A stretch of DNA of 63,974 nt, the filler included, from Octopus bimaculoides (lineage: Eukaryota), in NCBI RefSeq assembly GCF_001194135.2. It is 4 parts of 4 records of this genome, joined end to end, with 100 filler letters (N's around TTAATTAATTAA, not from the genome) between each part and the next. Parts side by side here need not be neighbours in the genome. Positions count along the whole stretch, not along the records: positions 62,353 to 63,974 come from NC_068988.1; 3 more parts are not named here. One strand, 5' to 3'. The stretch's first letter is position 1. Every line of letters begins with the position of its first letter. A program made the position numbers and the translations under genes. The notes under the pieces are model-generated. The model was not told the origin of the DNA and searched no databases. It worked only from the letters and a program-made list of their open reading frames with translations. Positions 63,663 to 63,974 of this stretch are shown here, one piece after another.

Positions 63663-63914
63663 TAATAATAATAATAAAAGTAATAATAATAATAACAGCA
63701 ATAACAATAATAAATACAGCATAATTAAAAAAATTAAGTGAACATATTGATGACGATAATGAAAATCAATTGCAAAATGTGTTACTGTAGATTGTTTTAC
63801 TTTTGTTTCTATTAAGGTTTCATGTTGTTACTCATAATGTTGAAGATGTCTTTTTATTTTGCTGCTAGTATACATCTGAGTGTGATTGTGTGGATGTGTG
63901 TGCGTGTGTGTGTG

Positions 63915-63974
<60 letters not shown>

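Overview
This is repeat-dense eukaryotic (animal) DNA with many N gaps. It is AT-rich, full of (CA)n/(TA)n/(AG)n/(AAT)n/(GAT)n microsatellites, and its tRNA-derived SINEs look like those of octopod cephalopods (an inference). There is no prokaryotic operon, CRISPR array, rRNA or true tRNA gene. Most ORFs in the supplied track are by-products of microsatellites or gaps. The identifiable content is mostly decayed mobile elements: a Penelope-like element (RT plus GIY-YIG), a LINE ORF1 with a CCHC knuckle, two Tc1 transposons, a Ty3/Gypsy element with one LTR, RTE, L1/Tx1 and RLE (R4/Dong-like) LINE fragments, a Sola-like transposon with a nested Merlin-like element, a 410-bp foldback and several SINE families. 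Two layers are absent from the ORF track. The first is four phase-compatible minus-strand exons (17099 to 11427) giving the C-terminus of an unidentified membrane protein ending ETNL. The second is a set of minimal type-I hammerhead ribozyme motifs; one has an intact core and sits just upstream of the LINE ORF1. All calls come from reading the sequence by eye, with no database search or folding run. I cannot show a wholly new system; the hammerhead/ORF1 pairing is the best candidate.
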